A DNA stretch of 64,000 nucleotides. Origin: Felis catus (taxonomy: Eukaryota). The notes under the pieces are model-generated. The model was not told the DNA's origin. It saw only the letters and a list, made by a program, of their open reading frames with translations, and made no database searches. Positions 39,648 through 52,231 of the stretch are shown here, in pieces (position 1 is the first letter of the stretch; each line of letters begins with the position of its first letter). The position numbers and the translations under genes are program-made. The stretch spans positions 18,974,001-19,038,000 of the forward strand of contig NC_058368.1 of NCBI RefSeq assembly GCF_018350175.1, in the 5' to 3' direction.

Positions 39648-42600
39648 GTAATTCCAGGGGAAACCTCATCCTCTATTCCTCAAGTACCTGCTACAAGTGA
39701 GCTCCAGTGAAAGGGCGAAGAAAAGATTACCTTTGTCACTCCAGAAGCAACATGCTTTCGCCTTGGAGTGGATCCATTTAACGGATGTGTAATACTGTGT
39801 TCCAAGAACGGCCGAAGGTAGAGTAGTTCCCTTACAGTAAAACTTTGAGTCAGGGTGCAGAGTGGGAATGTCCTCAGTTTACAGCCAGAAACCCTCACAG
39901 CTCAAAGCTGAAGTCACTTGTCCATTGTCACACGGCTGGGATATGCGGGTGATAAGGGATTTTACTCCAAGCCTGGCAATCAATCTGCAGAGCCCTTGTA
40001 GTCCCGGATCACACTGTGCCACCTCTCCAGGGAAATCCCAGTTACTGCCCTTATTACTGCCAACGACAGGAAGGAGGACACCCTTTAGAAATGTCTTTGG
40101 TAAATGAGACTGATATTTGATGGTTTCTGCAGCCCTAAAAGGAAAGGAGAGGTCCTAGGATTTGCCAGGGAATGGTGGGCTGGACTGGGGCCGAGCCCCA
40201 GAGTTGACTGCAGCCCCATAGGGCACAAGTACTCTTGGGCTGTGCTTGTAACACACAAGCCACTCTCTAGAAAGATTACCTTTGCTCAGCCTGAGGTCAG
40301 TAATTGGAAGTGCATGCGTAGTAACTTGGTTCTCTAGGTTCCTGTGTTATTTTAGGGGCAGAGAAGTGCTGGGATGCTATTTCCCAGAGGAGAACCCTGG
40401 TTTACCCTTGCCTCTTCTACTGATTCTTCTAATGGGTCGCAGCTCCTGGGAGTGGAGAGGCCAAGAGAGGTGGGTTGCCCATTGTCCTCTTATCCAGTGG
40501 GACCTCCTGAGTCAACACACCAAGTGGGCTGCCACCTGTCATCCTGTCATTCCCTTAATTGTGAAGAAAGTCACAGTTCTGATGAACCAAGGGTCGACCA
40601 AGGTAGGCTAATGAGGAAGGCTATAGACCGTGCATTGTAGACACTAGTAAGTGCAGGCACCAGCTTCCAGGTTGAGACCCCAGGAGGGTCCTGGTCCAGG
40701 AGTAGGGGAAACTAAGGGCTGCCTAGGTTTTGCCTCACTGGCCTCTTGGCTGCTGAGTGCCTTTGGGTCGGTCCCTTACCCGACTGCAACCCTTGACCAC
40801 ATGTTCCATTCCCCACCCCACTCCCCATGCCACATTGGGAAGGCACCATGGGAACGGTGGACCCATTTGCCTACCTCTGGCACCTTCTTAACAGTCCTGT
40901 GAATGCTCTGGGCTCAGTTTTTGTCTCTGTCACAGGAGGGTATTTAACCACATGAAAAATTCTCAGCTTTTGGAATTAAATGTCCCTCAGTCAGTCTATC
41001 AAAGATGTAGAATCTGCTGTGATAGGATTTTCTTTTTCCTATGAAGGCTTTTCTGTGTGGACAGGTGTTTGGGTGCCACATTTATAATTTACAGTACATT
41101 TAAAAAAAATTTTTTTTTAAGTATATTTTTGAGATAGAGACATAGCATGAATGGGGAGGGTCAGAGAGAGAGGGAGACACAGAATCTGAAACAGGCTCCA
41201 GGCTCTGAGCAGCCAGCACAGAGCCCGATGTGGGGCTCAAACTCATGGACAGTGAGATCGTGACCTGAGCCGAAGTCAGACGCTCAATCGACTGAGACAC
41301 CCAGGTGCCCCCCCCCCTTTTTTTTTTTTATTTTTTTTTAAAGTTTATTTTTGAGACAGAGACAGAGCATGAACGGGGGAGGGTCAGAGAGAGAGGACAG
41401 TATATTTTAAAGATCTAAGTTGCAAGGGTATTGTTGGGAGTCTAGCGTGTAAGGCACTTGCTGGTGGACATGCTTTGTTTTTAATCATAGTATTAACATG
41501 TTTTGGGCCCTTACGTGTATAGCATTTAATTATCCTGATGACTATGTAGGATTTCTTCCTGCACTGGTAACACAGGGTCAGCCCTCACTGATGTAGATTG
41601 CCCTGTATTTACTTTGGAGGACAACAGGCTCCTTTGCAGGGGTCTGTGCTCTAAGCCAGCAGTGCTGGCAGAGGAGGCTCCTGTTAGTGATCTGGGAACT
41701 CCCTCTGCTGGGAGGTGTGTGCAGTGCCAACAGGAGGCCACAGCCCCACTTTGGAGGGGTCTCAGTCTCCCAATGATGGAGCTAGAAGGGCCTTTAGAAG
41801 AGACCATTGGTTCTAACGCTCACTGTATATGTAGAAAAGAGACCCAGAGAGGGACAGTGGATTTGGTCATGATTGCACAGCTAGATGGTGTCAAGACAGT
41901 GCTAGGACCTTGGATGCTTGGTTCCTTGACAGCCCTATTGCCTTTGTTTTAATACTATGTAATGGGCCAACAGCACTCCTGAGGGTGGAGGTTAGTCTGG
42001 AGCCTTTGCCGCCCGGCTCTCTGGATCAGGACATCGGGCCATCGTGGTCTGAGGTGATCTAGGTGTAGCATACCTGTGTTCTTCTCTGTGTGCCTCCTTT
42101 TCTCTGAAACAGACCTCTCCCATCTGGCAGGTTTTGGGTCCAGCTCATCTACTGTAAAGTGCTGGGAAGCTGTCACTGCCTGTCAGAAGCTAGTGTAGGA
42201 GAAATTCCAGGAAGGAACCAAGAACTCTAAGCAGCTAGGGTGGGAGAGGGTCTGGAGAAGATAGTTAAGTAATTGGATGATGTTGAAATGAGGCAGTGTG
42301 GAGCTCAAAAGTTAAATTGCCTTAAAGGGTAACCTTGGTCTTCCTTGACTGCTCTGTTGCTGTATGCCTTAACTAGTGTAGTTTGGGAATGTGACATTTT
42401 CGATCATTGGCATTTATCCTCTCAAATGCCAAAATTAAAAATAAGCCAAAAGCCTTTTTTCCTTATTGAAATATGGTTAACATCTATTAATTTCAGGGGT
42501 GCAGCATAGTGATTTGACAGTTGTATAGTGTGCACCATACGTGTGGTCAGCTTCTGTCCCCATACAAAGTTGTTAAAATATTATAGACTGTAATTTTCAT

Positions 42601-42893
42601 CTCCATGACTTATTTTATACATGGAAGTTTGTATCTCTCAGTCCCCTTACCTGTTTTGTCCACCCACCTCCCCTCTGGCAACCACCAGTTTGTTCTCTGT
42701 ATTTAAGAGTGTTTGTATGTTCTTTAGATTCCACATATAAGTGAAATGGTATTTGTCTTTTTCTGACTACAATTTCACTTAACATAATACCCTCTAGGTC
42801 TATCCATGTTGTCGCAAATGGGAAGATCTCCTTCTCTTTTATGGCTGAGTAATATTCCATTGCATGTGTGTATATATATATGTGTGTGTGTGT

Positions 42894-42934
<41 letters not shown>

Positions 42935-42935
<1 letters not shown>

Positions 42936-44742
42936 GACAACCCATTTTTACTGTAGAAAGAAACATAGGTAAAAGGATTACTTCACCTAGTCCTGCCATT
43001 CATAATTAGTTCACACCGAGTATGTATCTTTCCATATTTCTGTGGACATACACATGTATAAGTACTTGTACAAAGATAGGAACATACTATGAATATCTTG
43101 GTGTCAGTTTAAACCTGTATTTTATTGTATGTGCACATAGGTCTGTACGATTAAGACTGCATTCCTTCTGCTGTAGGGATACACCAAAATTTATTTAATT
43201 ACTTGTCACTGGACATTTTTGTTTCACGAATATTTACACATTGTAAACTCCCCTAAAACAATATCTTTGTGGTATAATTATTTCCTTAGGACAAAGTCCT
43301 AGAAATGGAATTGCAGGGTTTAAGAGATTATGAGCATTTGTAAGGCTTTATAACCTCTTTGGTGTGTATCTGTTTTCTCTCTTCCAAACAATTTCCTCTC
43401 TGCGGTGAATCCCCAGTCTATAGCTTTCAGCACAGGTGAAGACAGCCCGAACACCCCACTGACACTTGTGTTCAGTCCGTCAGCCTTCAGGTAGTTGAGC
43501 AGCCGACACATGACCTGGAATGCAGAGATGTTGTTCTCTTGACACCACAGGGGCAATATGGAATATCCTTCTCTTGAGGGATATTTTCACCGAAGATCCA
43601 GATGGGTGCAATCCCTCTGCCATATCTGAGAATCTGTTCTGGCTCATGGGCTATTTTACTTATTTATTTTTAATTTTTTTTAATCTTTATTTTTGAGAGA
43701 GAGAAAGAGAGAGACAGCACAAGCGGGGGGAGGGGCAGAGAGAGAGGGAGACACAGAACTGGAAACAGGCTCCAGCCTCCAAGCTGTCAGCACAGAGCCT
43801 GATGTGGGGCTGGAACTCACAGGCCGCGAGATCATGACTGGAGCCAAAGTCTGACGCTTAATTGACTGAGCCACCCAGGCGCCCCTCAAGGGCTATTTTA
43901 TTTTTAAACTTCTGGAAAATTTTATCTTCCTTGGATTTTTGTTTTGCCAGGGAATCCAATTCTTCAGGTACTTATGGTTCCCATAATTTCTGATTCATTT
44001 GCTTTTTCAACAACTTCAGGTGTAATCTCATCTTGTTTCTATTATGATTCCAAATTCTGGAAAAAAGTTGTGGTCTGGTATTGTTCTGTCCAAATAATCT
44101 GATTGTGTGCAAGCGTGCTTATGTCCCAGTCTCCAGTCTAAGGGCCTGACGCTCCTTGTGCAATAAGGTGCCTTGGGACGCCTGGAGCATGTTTGGGGGC
44201 CTACACAGCCACAAACCCTGCAGAGATGAGCATCAGACTTGAGCTGGAGGCACACAGACTCACCTGTCTCTGGACGAGGTATCCTCAGAAGGTGGCCCAT
44301 ATGTGTAAAAGTCATTTTTCCAAGGTAGCTGATTTCTAAAAACAATTGATTAACTCAAAAGCTGGGGCCCAGAATGCGCAAGGGAGCGGGGTGGGAGTGG
44401 GGACCGGGCGCTGCGCGGGACCACGCCCCCTTCGCCTTGGCCGGCCCCTACCTTGCGAGACCAGCCGCCTTCCCGGTCCTGGCCCGGGAACAGCGGCTGT
44501 CTGCCGCGTGGGCCTGCGCATCATGGTGGCGCCCGGCAGCAGAAGAGGAAGAGGCCGCGGCGGAAGGCGTCGGCGCGGTCGGCAGCTGCGGTGGAGCTGT
44601 AGCGAGGGGGCCAGCTCTTCTGGCCCTGGCAGCCCCGCCTCCCACCTTGCTTGGGAACTGCCGGCTGCCACGTGGGCCCTGCCTCCGCGAAGCCTAACTC
44701 AGGCGGCCGCCACTGGCCGCCACCATGGAGCCTGAGGGGCCC
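42935..44742 (-). pseudogene. PDCD2: Processed pseudogene of PDCD2, interrupted by a SINE; 3' boundary uncertain
   Basis: ATG at 44726. Remnants [41 protein letters not shown] (MYND finger), [24 protein letters not shown] and [12 protein letters not shown]. Downstream exons are joined without introns, with many frameshifts and stops. Coding homology ends ~43355; sequence below that is presumed 3'UTR. Confidence 0.92.
43659..43885 (-). mobile_element. CanSINE inserted in the PDCD2 pseudogene
   Basis: tRNA-derived head, (CT)n and A-rich tail. TSD TCA(T/A)GGGCTATTTTA at 43644-43658 and 43886-43900. Confidence 0.92.
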
Positions 44743-46999
44743 CTTTATCGCCTCCTCTTTGCCTCTTCATCCGCCAGTGGGCGCTTGGGTTATCCATATC
44801 TTGGCTATTCTAATGCAGGGAACCTAGGGGTGTATGTATCTTTTTGAATTAGTGTTTTTGGTTTTCCTGGGTAAATAGCCAGTAATGGAACGAATCGATC
44901 ACGTGGTATTTCTGTTTTTAACTTTTTGAGGAACCCGCCAACATGCTTTTTTCCCTTGTGGCTGCACTGATGTACATTCCCACTACTAGTGTTTAAGAGT
45001 TTCTTCTTCTCTGCATCCTTGCCAACGCTGGTTATTTCTTGTCTTTTTGATTCTACCCATTCTGATAGGTATTAGGTCATATCTCGTTGTGGTTTGGATT
45101 TGCTTTTCCCTGATTAGTGATGCTGAGCATCTTCATGGATCTGTTGGCCATTTAGATATGTTTAGAAAAATGTATATTCAGGTCCACTGCCCTTTTTTGT
45201 TTTTAATGTTCCAGAGAGAGAGAGCGTGAGTAGGGGAGGGCCAGAGAGAGAGGAAGACACAGAACCTGAAGCAGGCTCTAGGCTCTGAGCTATCAGCACA
45301 GAGCCAGATGCAGGGCTCAACCCCAAGAACCCTGGAGGTCATGACCTGAGCCGCTTAACAGACTGAGCCACCCAGATGCCCCCCCCCCCCGCCATTTTTT
45401 AAATTTGATTGGGTTTTTTTTGATGTTGAGTTATAGAAGTTCTTTATGTATTTTGAATATCAACTCCCTATCAATATCATTTGCAAATATTCTCTTCCAT
45501 TTAGTAGGTTTTTTGTTTTATTGATGGTTTCCTTCACTGTGCAGAAGCTTTTTTATTGTAGTGTGGTCCCAATAGTTTATTTTTACTTTTGTTTCCCTTG
45601 CCTTAGGAGACCTATCTTGAAAAATGTTGCTATGACCAATGTCAAAGGACTTACTGCCTATGTTTTCTTCTAGAAGTTTTATGTTCTCAGGTCTCACATT
45701 TAGGTCTTTAATCCGTTTTGAGTTTATGGTGGAAGAGTTTATTTTTGTGTATGGTGGAAGAAAGTAGTCCATTTTCATTCTTTTGCATATAGCCATCCCT
45801 TTCCCAGCACCGTTTATAGAAGAGTCTTTCTTTTCCCTATTGTATATTCTTCCCTTCTTTGTCACTGAGTAATTGACTCTATAAGTGTGGGTTTGTTTCT
45901 GGGCTCTCTGTTCTGTTCCATTAATCTATGTGTCTACTTTTGTGCCAGTACCATACTGTTTTGATTATTACGGCTTTGTAGTATATCTTTTTTTAAAAGA
46001 AAAGGTTTAATATAAAGATTCAAGATTCACATTAATACATATGATAAAATTAAATACCTTCTTGATAAGAGTTCAGGTTTCGCATTTTTTTCTATTTACC
46101 CTGCCATATTTTTCCTGTGCTTTTTTTTTTTATTACTTTAACCCCACCTCTGTCTATAGTTCAGAAAGTCTACTTCTACAGAAGCTATGATGATTAATAT
46201 TAATTTTAATATACTCTTTAACTTTCCCAACATCTGGGTAGTATCTATAACATGCTTTTCCCCTGCTTCCCAACTACTTTAGCTGTCCATCCTCCTAGGT
46301 AGAAATGTGACATTTTATTTTCCAGTTTCCTTGTTTACTTTTGGTGTGGGAAGAAGATAATGTATATTGTGTGTATTTATAGTCACCCTAGATTGAAAGA
46401 ATTGTTGGAGTATATACTTTAGCAAAGGGGCGGGGGATGCAAGAAATAAACTTTGTGGATGCTTTGGTATCAAAACATGTTCTTGTTTTACCTTCGACGT
46501 CAAATGCCAGTTTGGCTGGGTATGGCATTCTAGGTTTAAAGCCTTTTGCCTGAAGAACTTTTATGATATTGCTCCGTTTACTTCTAGCATCCAGAGTATC
46601 CAATAAGCCTGCCATCAGTCTGATTCTTGTTCCTCTGTACGTTCTCTCTTCTCTTTCTGTAAGCCTTTATGATTTTTTTCTTTATCATTGGAATTCCAAG
46701 ATTTCACCAAGATGTGTCTAGGAGCAAGTCTGTTTTCGTCACTCTTACTAGCTACTTGGTAAGCACTGATCCTCTCAAAACTTGAATCTGTCTTTACCTC
46801 TGGAAAGTTTTCTTCAATTATTTCCTTAATTATTTCCTCTGCTCCATGCTCTTCATTATCTTTTTTCTGGAATTCCTGTCAAAATGGATGTTGGAGCTTC
46901 TGGGTCTACCCTCTGTGTCTCGTGATCTTTTTTTTTTTTTTTTAATGTTTATTTGTTTTTTGCAGCATGATCTCATTTTTATTTTCATTTTTAACATTA

Positions 47000-47345
47000 A
47001 ACTTTTTTAAAATAATTTATTTTTAAATTTACATCCAAGTTAGCCTATAGTCAACAGTGATTTCAGGAGTAGATTCCTTAATGCCCCCTCCACATTCCCT
47101 CCAGCAACCCTCTGTTTGTTCTCTATATTTAAGAGTCTCTTATGTTTTGTTCCCCTCCCTGTTTTTATTTTTGGTTCCCTTCCCTTATGGTCATCTGTTT
47201 TGTATCTTAAGTCCTTATATTAGTGAAGTCATATTTGTCTTTCTCTGACTAATTTCACTTAGCATAATACCCTCTAGTTCCATCCACGTAGTTGCAAATG
47301 GCAAGATTTCATTCTTTTTGATTGCTGAGTAATACTCCATTTTGC

Positions 47346-47393
<48 letters not shown>

Positions 47394-50300
47394 ACCACAT
47401 CTTCTTTATCCATTCATCCATTGATGGATATTTGGGCTCTTTCCATACTTTGGCTATTGTTGATAGTGCTGCTATAAACATTGGGGTGCATGTGCCCCTT
47501 CAAAACAGCATACCTGTAGTGCTGATGCATAGGGGCACTTGTACCCCAATGTTTATAGCAGCACTTTCAACAATAGCCAAAATATGGAAAGAGCCTAAAT
47601 GTCCATCAACTGATGAATGGATAAAGAAATTATGGTTTATATACACAATGGAACACTACGTGGCAATGAGAAAGAATGAAATATGACCTTTTGTAGCAAT
47701 GTGGATGGAACTGGAGAGTGTTATGCCAAGTGAAATAAGTCATACAGAGAAAGACAGATACCATATGTTTTCACTCTTATGTGGATCCTGAGAAACTTAA
47801 CAGAAGATCGTGGGGGAGGGGAAGGAAAAAAAAGGGGGAGGGAGCCAAACCATAAGAGACTCTTAAAAACTGAGAACAATCTGAGGGTTGATGGGGGGTG
47901 AGAGGGAGGGAAGGTTGGGTGATGGGTATTGAGGAGGGCACCTGTTGGGATGAGCACTGGGTGTTGTATGGAAACCAATTTGACAATAAATTTCATATTA
48001 AAACAGCATACCTGTATCCCTTGGATAAATACCTAATAGTGCAATTGCTGGGTTGTAGGGTAGTTCTATTTTTAATTTTTTGAGGAAGTTTCATACTGTT
48101 TTCCAGAGTGGCTGCACTAGTTTGCATTCCCACTAGCAGCGCAAAAGAGATCCTTTCTCCGCATCCTCGCCAACATCTGTTATTGCCTGAGTTGTTAATG
48201 TTAGCCATTCTGACGAGTGTGAGGTAGTATCTCCTTGTGGTTTTGATTTGCATTTCCCTGATGAGGAGTGATGTTGAGCATTTTTTCGTGTGTCAGTTGG
48301 CCATCTGGATGTCTTCTTTGGAGATGTGTCTATTCATGTCTTTTGCCCATTTCTTCACTGGATTATTTGTTTTTTGGGTGTTGAGTTTCAGAAGTTCTTT
48401 ATAGATTTTGGATACTAACCCTTTATCTGATATGTCATTTGCAAACATCTTCTCCCATTCCATCAATTGCCTTTGAGTTTTGCTGATTGTTTCCTTTGCT
48501 GTGCAGAAGCTTTTTGTTTTGATGAGGTCCCAATAGTTCATTTTTGCATTTGTTTTCCTTGCCTCCGGAGATGTGTTGAGTAAGAAGTTACTGCAGCCGA
48601 GGTCAAAGAGGTTTTTGCCTGCTTTCTCCTCGAGGATTTTGATGGCTTCCTGTCTTACGTTTAGGTCTTTCATCCATGTTGAGTTTATTTTTGTGTGTGG
48701 TGTAAAAAAGTGGTCCCGGTTCATTTTTCTGCATGTTGCTGTCTGGTTTTCCCAGCACCACTTGCTGAAGAGACTGTCTTTATTCCATTGCTTGTCAAAG
48801 ACTAGTTGGCTATATGTTTGTGGGTCCACTTCTGGGTTCTTTATTCTGTTCCATTGATCTGAGTGTCTGTTTTTGTGCCAGTACCATATTTTCTTGATTA
48901 CAGTTTTGTAATACAGCTTGAAGTCCAGGATTGTGAGGTCTCCATCTTTGTTTTTCTTTTTCAAGATTGCTTTGGCTATTCGGGATCTTTTCTGGTTCCA
49001 TACAAATTTTAGGATTGTTTGTTCTAGCTCTGTGGAGAATGCTGGTGCTATTTTGATAGATATTGCATTGGATATGTAGGTTGCTTTGGGTAATGACATC
49101 TTAACACCATTCTTCCTATCTAGGAGCATGGAATATTTTTCCTTTTGTGTGTGTGTGTCTTCTTCAGTTTCTTTCATAACCTTTCTATAGTTTTCAGTAT
49201 ATAGATTTTTCACCTCTTTGGTTAGATTTATTCCTGGGTATTTTATGGGTTTTGGTGCAGTTGTAAATGGGCTTGTTTCCTTGATTTCTCTTTCTGTTGC
49301 TTCATTGTTGTGTACAGAAATGTAACTGATTCCTGTGCATTGATTTTATATCCTGTGACCTTGCTGAATTCATGGATCAGTTCTAGCAGTTTTTTGGTGG
49401 AATCTTTTCGGTGTTCCATATAGAGTATCATGTCATCTGGAAAGAGTGAAAGTTCGACCTCCTCCTGGCCAATTTGGATGCCTTTTATTTCTTTATGTTG
49501 TCTGATTGCTGAGGCTAAGACTTCCAATACTACGTTGAATAATAGTGGTGAGGGTGGACATCCCTGTCTTGTTCCTGACCTTAGGGGGAAAGCTCTCAGT
49601 TTTTCCCCACTGAAGATGGTAGTTAACATTGGGTCTTTCGTATATGGCTTTTATGATCTCGAGGTATGCTCCTTCTATCCCTACTTTCTTGAGGGTTTTT
49701 ATCAAGAAAGGATGCTGTGTTTTGTCAAATGCTTCCTCTGCATGTATTGAAAAGATCATGTGGTTCTTTTCCTTTCTTTTATTGATGTGATGTATCACAT
49801 TGATTGTTTTGCAGATATTGAACCAGCCCTGCATCCCGGGTATAAATCCCACTTGGTCATAGTGAATAATATTTTTAATGTATTGTTGGATCCTGTTGGC
49901 TTGTATCTTGTTGGGGACTTTTGCATCTATGTTCATCAGAGAAATTGGTCTATACTTCTGTTTTTTAATGGGGTCTTTGTCTGGTTTTGGAATCAAGGTA
50001 TTGCTGGCTTCATAGAAAGAGTTTTCCTTCCGTTTCTATTTTTTGGAACAGCTTTAAGAGAATAGGTGTTAACTTCTTCAAATGTTTAGTAGAATTCCCC
50101 TGGAAAGTCATCTGGCCCTGGACTCTTGTTTTTTGGGAGAATTTTGATTACTAATCTGATTTCTTTACTGGTTGTGGGTCTGTTCAAATTTTCTATTTCT
50201 TCCTGTTTCAGTTTTGGTAGTGTATATGCTTCTAGGAATTTGTCCGTTTCTTCCAGATTGCACGTTTTATTGGCATATAATTGCTTATAATATTCTCTTA

Positions 50301-50465
50301 TTATTGTTTATATTCTGTGTTGGTTGTGATCTCTCCTCTTTCATTCTTGATTTTATTTATTTGGGTCCTTTTTCTTTTTGATCAAACTGGCTAGGGGTTT
50401 GTCAATTTTGTTAATTCTTTCAAAGAACCAGCTTCATTGATCTGTTTTAGTGTTTTGTTTTTTTG
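47000..50465 (-). mobile_element. 5'-truncated L1 (RT and C-terminal ORF2 plus 3'UTR) inside the L1TD1 retrocopy
   Basis: ORF2 fragments [35 protein letters not shown] and the 306-aa ORF at 48293-49213, all frameshifted. Confidence 0.92.
47519..47999 (+). mobile_element. Younger L1 3' fragment inserted antiparallel into the L1 above
   Basis: L1 3' end ending AATAAATTTCATATT, flanked by a perfect 17-bp TSD AAAACAGCATACCTGTA (47502-47518 and 48000-48016). Confidence 0.92.
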
Positions 50466-51095
50466 TTTGTTTGACTTCCTCCCTAGCTCCATGCTTTGAA
50501 TCTGGTAGAGTTTTATCCATTTTTTCTTAAGTCCGATATCGTCCTCTTTTTTTTCATTTTGTGGGCATGTATCTTTCAGTAATTCTTTTATAAATGATTT
50601 TTGGCTGGTAAATTTGCTGAGCCTTTGCAAAATGTCCTTACTTCACCATGCTTAATGCTTAAATGCTAATTTAACTTGGCCTAGAAAGTTAGGTTCAAAA
50701 TCATTTTCCATTAGGATGTTGAAGACATTGTTTCATTGCTTACTAATGTCCATCGTTGCTGATAAAAAGTCTGCTGCCATGAGTATTGCTCCTTTATCTT
50801 TACCAGAGGTTTTTTAGAATTTTCTGTTTGTTCTTTAAATTCTGAGGGATTTTTTTCCTGTTATTCTTTGACCACTTCATCCTCTTCAATCTCTCTTTCT
50901 CTCCTGTTACTTCTGCAAGGTGCTGCAATCTCTGCATCCATCACTATATTGCTGATGGCTTCTTCCACACTTCTCATGACTTTGTGAGTTTGTGATTCAT
51001 CATGGGACAGTTCCTTACCTTGGTTTGTATCGTACACTTTAGCTTCATCTAACTTGCTACTCAGATCACTAATTTCTTTGAAAGTCAAATTTTCA

Positions 51096-51293
51096 GGGCA
51101 CCTGGGTGCTCAGTTGGTTAAGTGGCTGACTTGATTTCAGTTCAGGTCATGATCTCATGGTACATGGGTTCAAGCCCCACGTTGGGCTCTGCGCTGACAT
51201 CATGGAGCCTGCTTAGGATTCTCACTTTCTCCCTCTTTCTGCCCCTTCCTTGCCCATGTTCTTTCTATCAAAAATAAACAAACATTTTTTTTT
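51096..51293 (+). mobile_element. CanSINE in the L1TD1 retrocopy
   Basis: TSD AAAGTCAAATTTTCA at 51081-51095 and 51294-51308. Confidence 0.9.
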
Positions 51294-51468
51294 AAAGTCA
51301 AATTTTCAATATCCTCAACTACTTTAGAGTTTGCTCTTTCTATTTTCTTTATCTTATTTTTCGTGTGGCTAAATCTTTGTTGCCACTCCTTTTTGGTACT
51401 GGAGTTCTTTGGATTTTTCATTTCAGATATGTACTTTTTATTCCTAAAATTTCCTTTAGGTCATTTTT

Positions 51469-51674
51469 AAAAAAATTTTTTTAACGTTTATTTATTTTTG
51501 AGACAGAGAGCATGAATGGGGGAGGGTCAGAGAGAGGGAGACACAGAATCCGAAACAGGCTCCAGGCTCTGAGCTGTCAGCACAGAGCCCTACGCGGGGC
51601 TCGAACTCACAGACGGTGAGATCGTGACCTGAGCTGAAACCGGTGCTCAACCGACTGAGCCACCCAGGCGCCCC
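51469..51674 (-). mobile_element. CanSINE in the L1TD1 retrocopy
   Basis: TSD CCTTTAGGTCATTTTT at 51453-51468 and 51675-51690. Confidence 0.9.
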
Positions 51675-51790
51675 CCTTTAGGTCATTTTTAAGAGATTCC
51701 CTTATCTCTTTAACCAGCAAGGCAGATTTTCCATCAAGCCTTTAAATTTCATATTTATTGATATGTCTTTGCATTTTTAATTAATTTTTT

Positions 51791-52171
51791 ATTTTTTGCA
51801 TGCATGAGTACTTTATTCATTTTTTAATTTTAATTTACATCCAAATTAGCATATAGTGCAACAATGATTTCGAGTATATTCCTTAATGCCCCTTACCCAT
51901 TTAGCCCATCCCCCCTCCCACAACCCCTCCAGTAACCCTCTGTTTCTTCTCCATATTTAAGAGTCTCTTCTGTTTTGTCCTCCTCCCTGTTTTTATTATT
52001 TTTGCTTCCCTTCCTTATGTTCATCTGTTTTGTGTCTTAAAGTTCTCATATGAGTGAAGTCATATGATTGTTTTTCTCTGACTAATTTCACTTAACATAA
52101 TATCCTTCAGTTCCATCCACGTAGTTGCAAATGGCAAGATTTTATTCTTTTTGATTGCTGACTAATACTCC

Positions 52172-52231
<60 letters not shown>

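Noticed and set aside
41091..41409. SINE dimer within one TSD as a new composite element
   Set aside because: More simply explained by one SINE inserting into the A tail of a truncated one.
44336..44735. ORFs over the PDCD2 copy as a functional retrogene
   Set aside because: Early stop after the ATG, many frameshifts and a SINE in the coding region.
46315..46930. Plain HAL1/L1 ORF1 fragment
   Set aside because: The peptides match recalled L1TD1 specifically and are collinear with its N-terminal pieces inside one TSD pair.
48293..49996. Reverse-transcriptase ORFs as an active element or novel RT system
   Set aside because: Ordinary L1 ORF2 that is frameshifted, 5'-truncated and has the catalytic motif altered (FPDD).
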